From assembly GCA_951406725.2 (NCBI GenBank), contig OX597825.1:86056001-86120000 (forward strand): a DNA stretch of 64,000 bases, written 5' to 3'. The notes beneath the pieces were generated by a model. It was not told the DNA's origin, searched no databases, and worked only from the letters and a program-made list of their open reading frames with translations. This stretch comes from Octopus vulgaris (taxonomy: Eukaryota). A program made the translations under genes and the position numbers. Shown here in pieces: positions 14,701 to 24,755 of the stretch (position 1 is the first letter of the stretch; every line of letters starts with the position of its first letter).

Positions 14701-15189
14701 CTCAAACATAATTCCGACACAATTTTCATTAAAACAGAACAGAAATGTTTTGAGAAGTTTAGAAGAAAACAACATTAAATGAAGATGGTGACTCTTTTAT
14801 TTTGATGAAGGAAATTAAAGTCTGAGAAAAAAGACTAGGGACAGATTGTGTGGGCACAAATAATGGTTAACAATAATAATAATTACAGAAATGTACTTGC
14901 ATAGCAAGTGACCTGATCTGAGATTGTGTGCTGGAACGAAGACAATTGCAGCATGGAAGGTGTTTATAAGCCATTTAAGAAACACACAAAAACCGTTAGA
15001 TTCACTTCAATATTTAAATTTAATTTGCCAAAATATTTTCGTCGCTTTCAGACCCCAAAACCTCTTCACGGACAAAGTTCTGTGATGCTGCTGCGTCACT
15101 GAACAGGTCGCGGTCTCAAAGCGACGAAAATATTTTGGCAAATTTAAATGTTGAAGTAAATCTAACGGTTTTTGTGTGTTTTAAATGGC

Positions 15190-15233
<44 letters not shown>

Positions 15234-18200
15234 GTGTATGTATGTATGTACAGTATTTTTTTATTTGAGATTTTTAACGTAAAAACAATGTATAGAATTA
15301 CAATAAATAGAGAGAATGCATTTCACATACACAGACACACACACACACACACACACACATAATCACACACACAGATATATTTTGCCTGGTGGTTGTGACC
15401 ATTGTGGTGCCATTACTTACTGACGGTTCTCAGTTCTGGTTGTTCCACTGAGGGTGAGAGGGAGAGAGTTTTATTGGTAGGACCAATCGCTCCTGCAACA
15501 TAACGCCGTATTCCTGCAACAAAACAAACACACACGCACAAGAATGGCATAAATAATAAATGAACCATAATTCAAAAGATGAATCATTTCTGTGGAAACA
15601 AAAACACAAAATAGAAAATAAAGAATTATTAACATTCATTAAAAATTAACGAAAAAAAACCGTTATTTTTGTTTGTTTTCAGTTATGGCAACTGTGAGAT
15701 TTGTGATTGCAAATGGTGTCATGATCAAGATTTTACGGCTAAGTCTACCTTGGAAGATGTGAGGAGAATAAGACTAGGTTGGCTTCACTGGACATGTTCA
15801 ACATATTGTGTTGTTGTTGTTGTTGTGACACCCTTCTGTCATGAATGACCATGGGATTGCACCTAGAAAGTTACCCTCCAAAGCACAAGTCTGGGCAAGG
15901 TTGTTTATGGAAGACTAGCGGTAGCCCATGCATACCAGCCTCCCCTCTCCACACCACTAATGTTATCCAAGGGAAAGGCAAAGGGGCCGATACAGCTTGG
16001 CACCAGTGACGTCAGAGCTCATTAATGTGCAAGTGGTTGAGCACTCCACAGACACATGTACCGTTAATGTAGTTCTCAAGGAGATTCAGCGTGACACAGA
16101 GGGTGACAAGGCTGGCCCTTTGAAATACAGGTACAACAGAAACAGGAAGAAAGAGTGAGAGAAAGTTGTGGTGAAAGAGTACAGCAGGGTTCACCACCAC
16201 CCCCTGCTGGAGCCTCGTGGAGCTTTAGGTGTTTTCGCTCAATAAACACTCACAATGCCCGGTCTGGGAATCGAAACCGCGATCCTACGACCACAAGTCC
16301 GCTGCCCTAACCACTGGGTCATTGCGCCTCCACTGTTCAACATGTATGGTCAATATATCAGTGGTGGGGCTGGCAGTGGGGGTGGTGCAGCAGTTTCATG
16401 AAGGTGGTGTTGAAAGCAGCAGTGTTGGTAGTGGTGGTGGTGGTGGTGGTGTGATGAAGGTGGAAGTTGTAATGATGATGGTGGTGACGGTGGGTGACTC
16501 CACCATCCTAAAATCTCATTAAACATACGGTAATTATTACCATAATTAAGAAACAGAAACAGCCCAAATCTAAGAACATACCTGTTTCTCGAAACACGTT
16601 ATCTGCTGCGGCCCTTGCTAGTTTTGCCGATTCATAATTCATTTTATAAACCTACAAAATATCAAAAATTAAACATCTTTCATTTCCCAGAATTAGTAAT
16701 AACCCACAAAATGTAATAAGCCATGGTTTGCAATAACCTTTGGAACGTAATAACTGCTGAGATGTAATGACCTCTGGTAGCGGGGACGACATCTTCATCC
16801 TCATCATCATCATCATCATCCATTTACATCCAGCTTCCATATTGGCATGGGGTTACATAGTTGAATAGGCTTTAATGTATTCTTTGGCATTATTTATACC
16901 TTTGCAACAATATTAAATAAATCACAACAAATATATAACAATAAAAAATAAAACCAAAGTCAAATGAAAATATATAATAAAGAGACAACGCAAAATCTAT
17001 TTTCGAGGTAACGAACCCAATAGCTTAATTAGCTTACTTTATCCAAAACAAGTTTTAACATAAATCATGCATCTTTAAAGGTTTCAAGTTTCTTCTTTGA
17101 GACAAATCTGTAAAAATTCTGCAAAGACCCACAGACCTCCAGACTAAACCTGATATTACCCCATTAATAAGGACACGTGATGTATCCAGTGCATCAGCCC
17201 CCACCCATAGGGGAACCAACAACATTTTAGGGGTAGAATTAAATACCCTGAGTCCATATTGTAAGGATATGAACCGTTTCCAGGGTTAAAAGATGGGGAC
17301 AGAACCCCCAGATTGTCTGAATTACTCTGTATCTCTCTTCCTTGTTTCCTGCAAGAAATAAAGTCTTAGAGCTTCTGCTTCCTCCTCACAGTTCAGCTGC
17401 TGAACTGAGGCAATCATCCATAAATCTTGTGACACCACAAAAGACCAGAAATTGCCCAAGCAGTCAGTTCTCCCCCTCCACACCACCAAAGTTCTCCAAG
17501 AGAAAGTTAATGATTACCATTTCAGTAAAAGATAAAGACAAGTCAATGGAATCGAGTTAATGGTAACAAAGAAGCATAGATAATACTTACAAGATCTTCC
17601 AGGCCGTAGTCAGCCTGGGCAATTTTGGTTCCATTGAATGTATTGGTTTCGGTAATATCTGCCCCAGCATCCAGGTAAGACTTTTATTTCAGGTGAAAAT
17701 ATAAGAAAAAATAATACAATTATAAACATGGGTGTTAGTATGTGTGTGTGCGTGTGTGTGTATGTGTGTTTGTATAAGTTATGTAAATGCAATAATGGAA
17801 AGAGGAATTTGATTAACATTTTGGATGTTAGTCCTTCATGAAAAGAACGAGAGAATCGTAAGGTCATAAGGGGAATGAGTGAAAGAGAGAGGGATATCAT
17901 TCTGTATGCAAGACAAACAGAAAAACTGGGAGAAAGATTGAGAGAAGGAGACAAAAAATGGAAGCAGTTTATTTAGTTACCTTATGTATACCACTGAGAG
18001 ACAGACGGACAGAGGAGAGAGCTATATTCTCTTACCTTACGTATGCCAGAGATGGAGCAGGGACAGACAAATAGAGAAACAGCGGAGGAGAGAGAGAGAT
18101 AGAGGTATGTTTTTTTTTTTACCTAATGTATGTCAGAAAGAGAGAAAGACAAACAGACAGACAAAGAGGGAAGGAGGGAGGAAGTTAGACTAAGCGAGAG

Positions 18201-21200
18201 AAAGAAATGGAGAGGAGGTAATGTGTTGTTACCTTGTGTATGTTATAGATCAGATCTGGTTGAGTCAGGGTGAGGACATCGTTATTGCCCTGCAGGGGTT
18301 TTATTGGATCAGGAAACAGAGTTCCACGGAAATCCTCTTCGACCAACGAATGCTTTTGGATCATTGTCCCCATGGCACCATCAAGTATCATAATTCTTTG
18401 CAGAAGTGTTTCTTGAATTTCCTGAGAAGCATCTGGAATAGAAACGAAATGAAAGTGGGTGAGGTGAGGTTCGGGAGGTAAAAGCTGCTGCTGCTGTTGT
18501 TGTTGTTGTTGTTGTTGTTGTTAAGCAACAAGACGGGTAAGGGTGATTAGGTGATGGTCTAGGGCTTAGGGGCGGGAGACCCCAGTCCTCAGAAAAAAAA
18601 AAAACTTTGGTCGTCTTGTTGTAGTCGAGGGCTCTTCTTTGATGCCCGACACCACTGGGAGGTGGCCCTCGAAGTCGTTGGAAATGGAAATCTCCAGGGC
18701 CAAATTCTTGAATGGCTGCTGCTGCTGCCACTGCTTAATTCCATCCTACTCCTGATTCCATTGACCTCAGGTCAAAGACAGTTCAACTATGGCTATTTTG
18801 TTTTTTTCTAGGACACAGAGGAAACAGAATCACTCTATTCAACTTGTCCTTCCTATCTTAAACACTAAGGCATGATATGAACAGCATCCGGCCACTATTT
18901 TTAGAAGGTTGGCCACATTATGAGGTTTCATCAAGTTTCTTCTTTGAGATAAATCTTTAAGAATTCTGCAAAGATCCACAGACCTAAGGACTAAACCTGA
19001 TATTACTCCATGAATAAGGACACATGATGTACCCAGTGCATCAGCCCCACCCATAGGGGAACCAAAACATTTTAGGGGTAGAATTAAATACCCTGAGCCC
19101 AGATATGATGCACATATAAGGATATGAACTGTTTCCATGGTTAAGGATATGAACTGTATTTGTCTGAGTGTTGGGTCCTTTGGGTGCTTGGATAAAATGC
19201 AGATGTCAAGTCAACCCAGTGTGCCTCCATCTTGGTCCTTGGCATGCTGGCAGAGTATGGAGGACTGCTTTTTTGTCTCAAATGTTTATTTAGTCTCCCT
19301 GCAATGCTTCTAGATGTTTCACCAATCTATGTCAGGTTCTTGTCTTTACAAGCACCCTTTAACACCATATGCGGTAGACTACATTTTAGTCATACATACA
19401 CACACACATACACGTACACATACATACATACATATGTGTATACACATGTACACTGATGTGCACACATGCGCACAAACAAACAAAAAAGAATGCAGTTCCG
19501 ATAACGGACAGAGTCAACGACTATTGAAGAGGTTGCAAGAAGCAATGAAAATTTTAGAAAAAATGTAAATGATTGGAAATTGAACCAGTGAGTGTGTTAA
19601 TTAATATGGCATTAAAACAAAATGACTCTCCTTAGACACAATATAATACACACACACACACACACAAGTTTAATGGTTATTCCAGTAATAATGTTGAATG
19701 TCTACCAAAAACTAGAATCGGTATTTTCTGCAAGTCATGTTGATTTCAACAGCAGAAGAGTTCAATTCTTTCAGTACAGTTTTGTCATCATCACATCTCT
19801 CCAATATTTATTGAACCTTAGAATTACTTTTTTTGTAAGGGCACCATTAGTTGTAACAACTTGAGATTTGTCCCCTAAAATCACACCAGGATCTATAACC
19901 TGTGACATATAATCTCATAATCAGCTTTCTTAATCCCATAATCAGCTTTCTTAAAAGCCAATTATAGCATTTTGACATTTGGCTTGTCAAGGAACCCTTT
20001 CCCTTCCAGGAATGTAATCAGTCTCTCACAGATAATTTGTTCCATGACCTTGCTGATATGTAAAATTAGAAAGATAGGTGAGATAGGTCTGTAAATTTTG
20101 ACATCTGCTTCCTCTATGAATAGAACAAATTTTTTCTTTGAAGGTAATCCAAGCACCTGAAAGACTCACCACTCGGATAAATACAGGTGTATGTCCACAT
20201 AAATTAAGCAACCCCGTGCTAAATAAGGAATACACATAGAAAGTAGTGATACCCATAATATATACGTATGTAGGTACATTAGGCTGTTAGGTAGGTAAAT
20301 GTGTGTGTGTGTGTGTGTAGGTAAATGGATATGCAAGTAAACAGATACATAGGTAAGTAGATGGACAGGTACATAGGTAATACGGACAGACAAGCATGCA
20401 CACACACACGCACACACATAAAGGAGGTGGAAGCACATGACCATATACACACACACTCCATACATGCGGATACACACAAAGACACACATCCATACATAAC
20501 AGACGCATGTACATAGTCACACAGACCCATACACATAGACACACTCAAACATGCACACACAAGGAGACAGAGGTATGCACAAATACACACGCACATGCAC
20601 ATAAACACATAAATATGCAGAACACATACATACATATATTTATACACACAGACACACATACATGCATACATGCATACATACACACACTCACACATTCATA
20701 CCTACATATATTTATACACACAGACATACATACATACATACATACATACATTGGGCATATACAAGCACACATGTACACTGATGCACACACATCCGCACAA
20801 ACAGACAGAAAAGAAAGTCAACATCCAGTGACAAGGCTGCAAAAGGAATGAAGATTTTGGAAGAAAAAATATAACAAATGAGTGGAAACTGAACCAGTGA
20901 GTGTGTCAGATGATAAGGCATTAAGACAATATGACCCACACACAACATACTTTCCAAAAAAGTTTTGAGAAGTATTTTAGCTTGGCCCTTTCTGCATGTT
21001 TCTAGAAGAATTGGCTGCATGTAAAAGACACCATTCAAGCATGATCGTTGTCAGCATCGCCTTACTGTCACCTGTGCCAGTGGCATGTGTACAAAGATTC
21101 GAGCAAGGACGTTGCCAGTACTGCCTTACTGGCCCCCATGCTGGTGGCACATAAAAAGCACCCACTACACTCTCGGAGTGGTTAGCATTAGGAAAGGCAT

Positions 21201-23731
21201 CCAGCTGTAGAAACTCTGCCAGATCAAGACTGGAGCCTGGTGCAGCCATCTGGTTCGCCAGCCTTCAGTCAAAATCGTCCAACCCATGCTAGCATGGAAA
21301 GCGGACATTAAACGATGATGATGATGATGATGATGTTCCAAAGCGACCCCAACAGTGTAGGTGCAACAAAAAGCACCCACAACACTCCATGAGTTTCTTA
21401 ACCAACTAAAACAGTGACAACACTTGAGAAGGTTCTTTAGTCTTGCTGATGCCAAGGCAGCTTCTGCAATGCTGATGCCACAAAAAAATGTACTCAATAC
21501 ACTCTGTAAAGTGGTAGGCATGGGAAGAATGTCCAGCTGTAGAAATCAAGCTAAAACTGAGATATTGATGTATTCCTCAAACCTCTTGAATCCTGTCAAA
21601 CCATCCCACCCATGTCAGCATGGAAAATGGATATAAAATTATGAAAATTTAATATTAATGAAACTGTCACTTCTCAATGAAGCGCAACAATGTTGAAAAA
21701 TTCTTCAGCCTCATCTATTTACCTGTGTAGTGAGGGGAGGGGTGAAAGTTTTCATCCTCTCAATCGCATGGACTGGAATGAAGTCACCATAGCATATTGA
21801 AGGTTCTTTTGCCTTGTAGAGTACAAGGTACTCTCTCAAGTAGTGCTGGGGTCACAGTAGAATCAACCCAGTACGAGTGGTTGATGGACTGAATGGGAAC
21901 AGCAAGAGTTAAGAAGGACCCCCGACTCTGACTCATTGGGTGCCACACACACACACATTGCATTCTCTAAAGTGGTTCACCATTAATCAAAGATGTCTTT
22001 CCTAAGTCACTGATCTTCAAGAGGTTATTTGACAGTCCAGTGCCGGTGGCCTGTACTTTCTAGTCTCCTAACCTGAGAGATGGCTTCTTCTTTTGTCTTC
22101 TTCTTGAGCTTGGTGAAGTGTATACCATCTGCAATTCAGGGGTTACTTGTATCGCCAAGCTCCACAAACCCAGTAAGGCAGACAGGTTGCAGTGGGACAA
22201 CACACAGTTGGCTGGGATCTGCCCATCTTGAGACAGGCAGTAGCTGTCCAGAGAAATACAAAGGCCTCACTTCCATTAAAAGCTGCTTCAGGTCCCTGGA
22301 GCCAGGGCCAATCTGAGGGCAAGTTTATAAGCAATGATCAGCAGTCTTCCATATTGTGCAATCATGGTGAGGCAACGCTGGAGAATGTTCTCGCCAGGAC
22401 ACAGACCCCATGCAGCAGGCCTCCTCTCTCACACCACAAATGTCACCCAGGGAACGGGCAAGGGTGCCAGTCACATCTTGGCACCAGTGTTGTCTCAGAA
22501 GTTGCCAGGACAAACGTGAAAACAATGTTGGCAGATCTTTCCTTGGGTTTTACTCCTGAAACCTTTTCCGTAAGTGGAGACTGCTTCAAAGTAGCAGATA
22601 TTTAAAGCCAGAGTTTGCTCTCTCTTCCATAAAGTGATTTCCCAGGCTGACGAGTTTTAAGGCACCAAAACCTCACTTCACCCTTTTTCTAGTCAATACC
22701 CCAGTTCCGCTGGATTTAGAAAGCCTGAATTGGACTTTGTTGTGATGGTCTTTTTGAGGTACTTTCCACGACGAACACTTCTTAGTAATATAAACCACTA
22801 ACACCTCCTCTGCCACTCTGGCTTCAATAAGATACATAAAGCAAAACAACTGTTATATTTATTTGAAACAAAAAAATGCTAATTTATCGGCTAAATTTTA
22901 GTCGAAAATTTTCGACTAATATTTTTAAATAATAATAATAAATATACGCGGTTTTAGATTTAAAAACATTTAATTGCCGACACCATGGAAGCCCGCCGGG
23001 TGACCTCTCGTCGAATGCATATATAATCAAAGGTGTCCCGAGTGGAACCATCCAATTTGTTCTAGGCATAGTAGATACCGAAGAATAGTACACAATAGTA
23101 CATTTTTTCGTAGGATGATTGTGTGGTTTGAGAGAAATTTGGCTGCTATTTCTAGTATGTCGCCCGACCATGTACAGGGCCCTGCCTTGTCTCGTTCACC
23201 TGTAATTCTGCTTCTAGGGGGGAATTTTCAGTTATTAACACGATAATAAAATGATTATAGAATTTCATCGATCAAGAACAACTTTCAATCGTCTTAGATG
23301 ATTTCATCTGGTGAATAAACAGGTTTTCTCAATATACGCTGGCAGAATCGTTAGCACGCCGGGCGGTATTTCGTCTGCTCGCCACGTTCTGAGTTCAAAT
23401 TCCGCCGAGGTCGACTTTGCCTTTCGTCCTTTCAAAATCGATTAAATAAGTACCAGTTACGCGCTGGAGTCGATGTAATTGACTTCATCCCTTTGTCTCT
23501 CCTTGTTTGTCCCCTCTATGTTTAGCCCCCCTGTGGGCAATAAAGAAAGAAAGAAATATACAGAGGACACAAAAAAAAAAGTGGAGCAGGAATTCAAGAA
23601 ATCATTCAGAACCCGAGGTGTGCGTGCGTGTTTTTTGTTTTTGTTTTTGTGTGTGGAGAAAGAGAGAGAATTTGGACACGAGGTATAAGTGGAACCTTAC
23701 CTGGCCATTTGCGTCGTTCTTTGAAGTCCAT
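1..23731 (-). CDS. MTR: Methionine synthase (cobalamin-dependent), spliced gene span; 5' part only (Hcy-binding, folate-binding and start of cap domain), continues beyond left edge
   Basis: 21 exons join in frame through GT-AG introns and translate to MetH/MTR motifs: [91 protein letters not shown]. Confidence 0.97.
539..637 (-). CDS. MTR: MTR exon 20 ([33 protein letters not shown])
   Basis: 99 nt, cap-domain IIEGPLM motif. Confidence 0.95.
1950..2140 (-). repeat. ~190-bp structured element in (CAA)n, copy 1
   Basis: Aligns to 18521-18711; (GTT)n on both flanks. Confidence 0.8.
2270..2359 (-). CDS. MTR: MTR exon 19 ([30 protein letters not shown])
   Basis: 90 nt, WR..P.EERL motif. Confidence 0.95.
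2388..2644. repeat. 20-bp-unit minisatellite (GTGAATGTGTGTGTGTGTAT)n derived from (GT)n
   Basis: About 12 units, visible directly. Confidence 0.9.
2699..2839 (-). CDS. MTR: MTR exon 18 ([19 protein letters not shown]...MLMYAE)
   Basis: 141 nt, GMD.GIVNAG motif. Confidence 0.96.
3885..4001 (-). CDS. MTR: MTR exon 17 ([39 protein letters not shown])
   Basis: 117 nt, SGG.SNLSF.FRG motif. Confidence 0.96.
4108..4590 (+). mobile_element. ~480-bp non-coding retroposon embedded in (AAT)n; second copy at 30058-30597
   Basis: Two highly similar copies, both ending ...CACTC(AAT)n and preceded by (AAT)n. Confidence 0.75.
4640..5603 (+). mobile_element. 5'-truncated R4/Dong-clade non-LTR retrotransposon (CCHC finger, restriction-like endonuclease, 3' UTR), frameshifted
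   Basis: [65 protein letters not shown]; frameshift in A-run near 5220; (AAT)n on both sides. Confidence 0.9.
5628..5890 (+). mobile_element. Older R4-like RLE fragment from a different subfamily
   Basis: [22 protein letters not shown]..., [10 protein letters not shown]; in-frame stop; follows (AAT)n. Confidence 0.75.
5987..6166 (-). CDS. MTR: MTR exon 16 ([15 protein letters not shown]...DATRIVK)
   Basis: 180 nt, [16 protein letters not shown] motif. Confidence 0.96.
6268..6658. repeat. Compound trinucleotide microsatellite block (GGT/GTC/TAG/GAT)
   Basis: Directly visible; fills most of MTR intron 15. Confidence 0.9.
6688..6873 (-). CDS. MTR: MTR exon 15 ([34 protein letters not shown]...FDEEGQ)
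   Basis: 186 nt, [12 protein letters not shown] and FDEEGQ motifs. Confidence 0.97.
7380..7520 (-). CDS. MTR: MTR exon 14 ([26 protein letters not shown]...DPDIAK)
   Basis: 141 nt, pterin-binding domain motif DVNMD. Confidence 0.97.
7650..7800. repeat. Tandem repeat of ~16/23-bp units (ACTAATGTGACACAAC)
   Basis: Directly visible, about 8 units. Confidence 0.8.
8024..8136 (-). CDS. MTR: MTR exon 13 ([37 protein letters not shown])
   Basis: 113 nt, [10 protein letters not shown] motif. Confidence 0.97.
9479..9558 (-). CDS. MTR: MTR exon 12 ([27 protein letters not shown])
   Basis: 80 nt, phases match both neighbours. Confidence 0.93.
9652..9858. repeat. (TA)n / (TACA)n microsatellite
   Basis: Directly visible. 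Confidence 0.95.
10681..10748 (-). CDS. MTR: MTR exon 11 ([23 protein letters not shown])
   Basis: 68 nt, Zn-binding GGCCG motif. Confidence 0.96.
10855..10935 (+). ncRNA. Degenerate type-I hammerhead motif
   Basis: GAC-CTGAAGA-GTAGCTATATTTAAA...TTTAAATATAGCCAC-AAAA (for GAAA)-CACATG-TA-GTC. Confidence 0.5.
11590..11651 (-). CDS. MTR: MTR exon 10 ([20 protein letters not shown])
   Basis: 62 nt, GLPN..GEYDE motif. Confidence 0.95.
11881..11981 (-). CDS. MTR: MTR exon 9 ([34 protein letters not shown])
   Basis: 101 nt, Zn-ligand GLNC and YPNAG motifs. Confidence 0.96.
12372..12466 (-). CDS. MTR: MTR exon 8 ([32 protein letters not shown])
   Basis: 95 nt, SGRTLSGQ motif. Confidence 0.95.
14202..14261 (-). 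CDS. MTR: MTR exon 7 ([20 protein letters not shown])
   Basis: 60 nt, ttttag acceptor, gtaagt donor. Confidence 0.92.
14495..14601 (-). CDS. MTR: MTR exon 6 ([35 protein letters not shown])
   Basis: 107 nt, ETIFDT motif, canonical splice sites. Confidence 0.96.
14968..15191. mobile_element. Inverted pair of Penelope-LTR-like fragments, each with a degenerate hammerhead
   Basis: ~95-bp inverted arms; right arm CTGAACA-G-GTCGC/GCGAC-GAAA-ATATTT; left arm (minus) GTGAAGAG...GCGACGAAA. Confidence 0.6.
15421..15513 (-). CDS. MTR: MTR exon 5 ([30 protein letters not shown])
   Basis: 93 nt, [11 protein letters not shown] motif, gtaagt donor. Confidence 0.95.
15826..16332 (-). mobile_element. tRNA-derived SINE of a third family with (CAA)n tail
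   Basis: Minus strand GGAGGCGCAATGACCCAGTGGTTAGGGCAGCGGAC...GGTTTCGATTCCC head; (CAA)n tail. Confidence 0.75.
16582..16651 (-). CDS. MTR: MTR exon 4 ([24 protein letters not shown])
   Basis: 70 nt, ttgtag acceptor, gtatgt donor, phase fits. Confidence 0.93.
17080..17290. repeat. ~210-bp direct repeat; second copy at 18925-19145
   Basis: Shared TCAAGTTTCTTCTTTGAGA...CAGTGCATCAGCCCC.ACCCATAGGGGAACC...GGTAGAATTAAATACCCTGAG. Confidence 0.75.
17591..17680 (-). CDS. MTR: MTR exon 3 ([30 protein letters not shown])
   Basis: 90 nt, AG acceptor, GTAAGT donor, AGAD-ETNTF motif. Confidence 0.95.
18233..18432 (-). CDS. MTR: MTR exon 2 ([25 protein letters not shown]...LIYNIHK)
   Basis: ttccag acceptor, gtaac donor, LDGAMGT motif. 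Confidence 0.96.
18521..18711 (-). repeat. ~190-bp structured element in (CAA)n, copy 2
   Basis: Aligns to 1950-2140. Confidence 0.8.
19965..20160 (-). mobile_element. LINE reverse-transcriptase N-terminal relic
   Basis: YRPISP...[19 protein letters not shown] motif. Confidence 0.65.
21030..21333 (+). mobile_element. RTE-tail / Meta-domain-like repeat; further copies near 48085-48640, 51180-51497, 52900-53183, 59643-60140, 60770-61284
   Basis: AAAAGCACCCACTACACTCTCGGAGTGGTT.GC.TTAGGAA.GGCATCCAGCTGTAGAAACTCTGCC...(GAT)n. Confidence 0.8.
23338..23550 (+). mobile_element. tRNA-derived Nin/Deu-domain-like SINE; other copies at ~7805-8010, 10260-10470, 25325-25530, 26140-26350, 29820-30010, 43655-43785, 52255-52470, 54475-54915, 62386-62620
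   Basis: GCTGGCAGAATCGTTAGC...GAGTTCAAATTCC...GTCGACTTTGCCTTTC.TCCTTTC...AAGTACCAG. Confidence 0.85.
23701..23731 (-). CDS. MTR: MTR putative exon 1 ([11 protein letters not shown])
   Basis: ATG at 23731, strong donor CAG|GTAAGG, ends in phase 1 matching exon 2 (G|AT); lies in a CpG-rich region; no homology support for this short peptide. Confidence 0.65.
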
Positions 23732-24399
23732 TGTAAAGGAACCGAAGAGGATTTATGAAAGAAATAGAGACGAGGAGAGAGAAAGGCAGAAGCGTGGATG
23801 GATTTGGGGTGAATCGACAGGAAGTGGAAGGAATGTGATCGGGCAAGAAAGGGAATAATGAAATCGTTAATTAAGTTTATAAAGCAAGAGAGAAGTGATC
23901 AGTTGTGATGTTTCGGGTTGGTCCCGTCATATATGGAACTTATAAATGATAAGCTAGAAGTCTGTGGATCAACTGATTTATTGACAGACAAATATATGAG
24001 GATAAACAAAAACAATAAACAACAAATAAAAGATAGAAAGAGAGGGAAAGAATGTGAAAGTTCCCACCTCCCTTTCATGGTAACGAGGTGTGACGGCGTC
24101 GACGACAGACTTTTTGTGATAAGGTATTGACGGGCAGACAGTGGTGGTGGTGGTGGTTGCAACAGTAAACCACGTTGCTACTACTATCAAACGCAATTAA
24201 GGTCAACATCATCACTTATCTTGCCCCGGGGATGAGGGTCACTTCGGTCCCCCTCACTCGGTGAACTTGTGTTTATTTGAAAGAAATTAATAACGATATC
24301 TTTTATACAAAAACTACGTCTTCATTTCGAAGAGAACAAGAGATTGTGTGACGTTCATGCTTTTCTCAACTCTACGCATATACACACTCATAAATATAC

Positions 24400-24755
24400 A
24401 GGCTGTGTGGTAAGTAGCTTGCTTACCAACCACATGGTTCCGGGTTCAGTCCCACTGCATGGCACCTTGGACAAGTGTCTTCTATTATATCCTTGGACCG
24501 ATCAAAGCCTTGTGAGTGGATTTGGTAGAGGGAAACTGAAAGAAGCCCGTTATATATATGTATGTGTGTGTGTCTATGTTTGAGTGTTTGTGCTTGTCCC
24601 ACCACCATCGCTTGACAACTGATGCTGGTGTGTTTACATTTCCCGTAACTTAGCAGTTCAGCAAAAGAGGCCAATAGAATAAGTACTAGACTTACAAAGG
24701 ATAAGTCCTGGGGTCGATTTGCTCGACTAAAGGCAGTGCTCCATCATGGCCACAG
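24400..24755 (+). mobile_element. tRNA-derived CORE-like SINE; other copies at ~3573-3645, 8490-8872 (-), 13090-13410 (-), 32028-32440, 52745-52900, 57434-57808, 58190-58530 (-)
   Basis: GGCTGTGTGGTAAG (A box), GGTTCAGTCC (B box), GGCACCTTGG.CAAGTG core, internal TG/TA microsatellite. Confidence 0.85.

Larger units (their letters stand above)
22880..24360 (-). promoter_or_regulatory. Probable MTR promoter / first-exon region (CpG-enriched)
   Basis: Visible local excess of CpG dinucleotides around the putative first coding exon; TSS not determinable from sequence. Confidence 0.4.

Noticed and set aside
16255-16332. tRNA-like sequences, also at ~12612-12670, 24400-24460 and 52505-52565
   Set aside because: They have A/B boxes but no complete cloverleaf or acceptor stem and continue into SINE bodies, so they are SINE heads rather than tRNA genes
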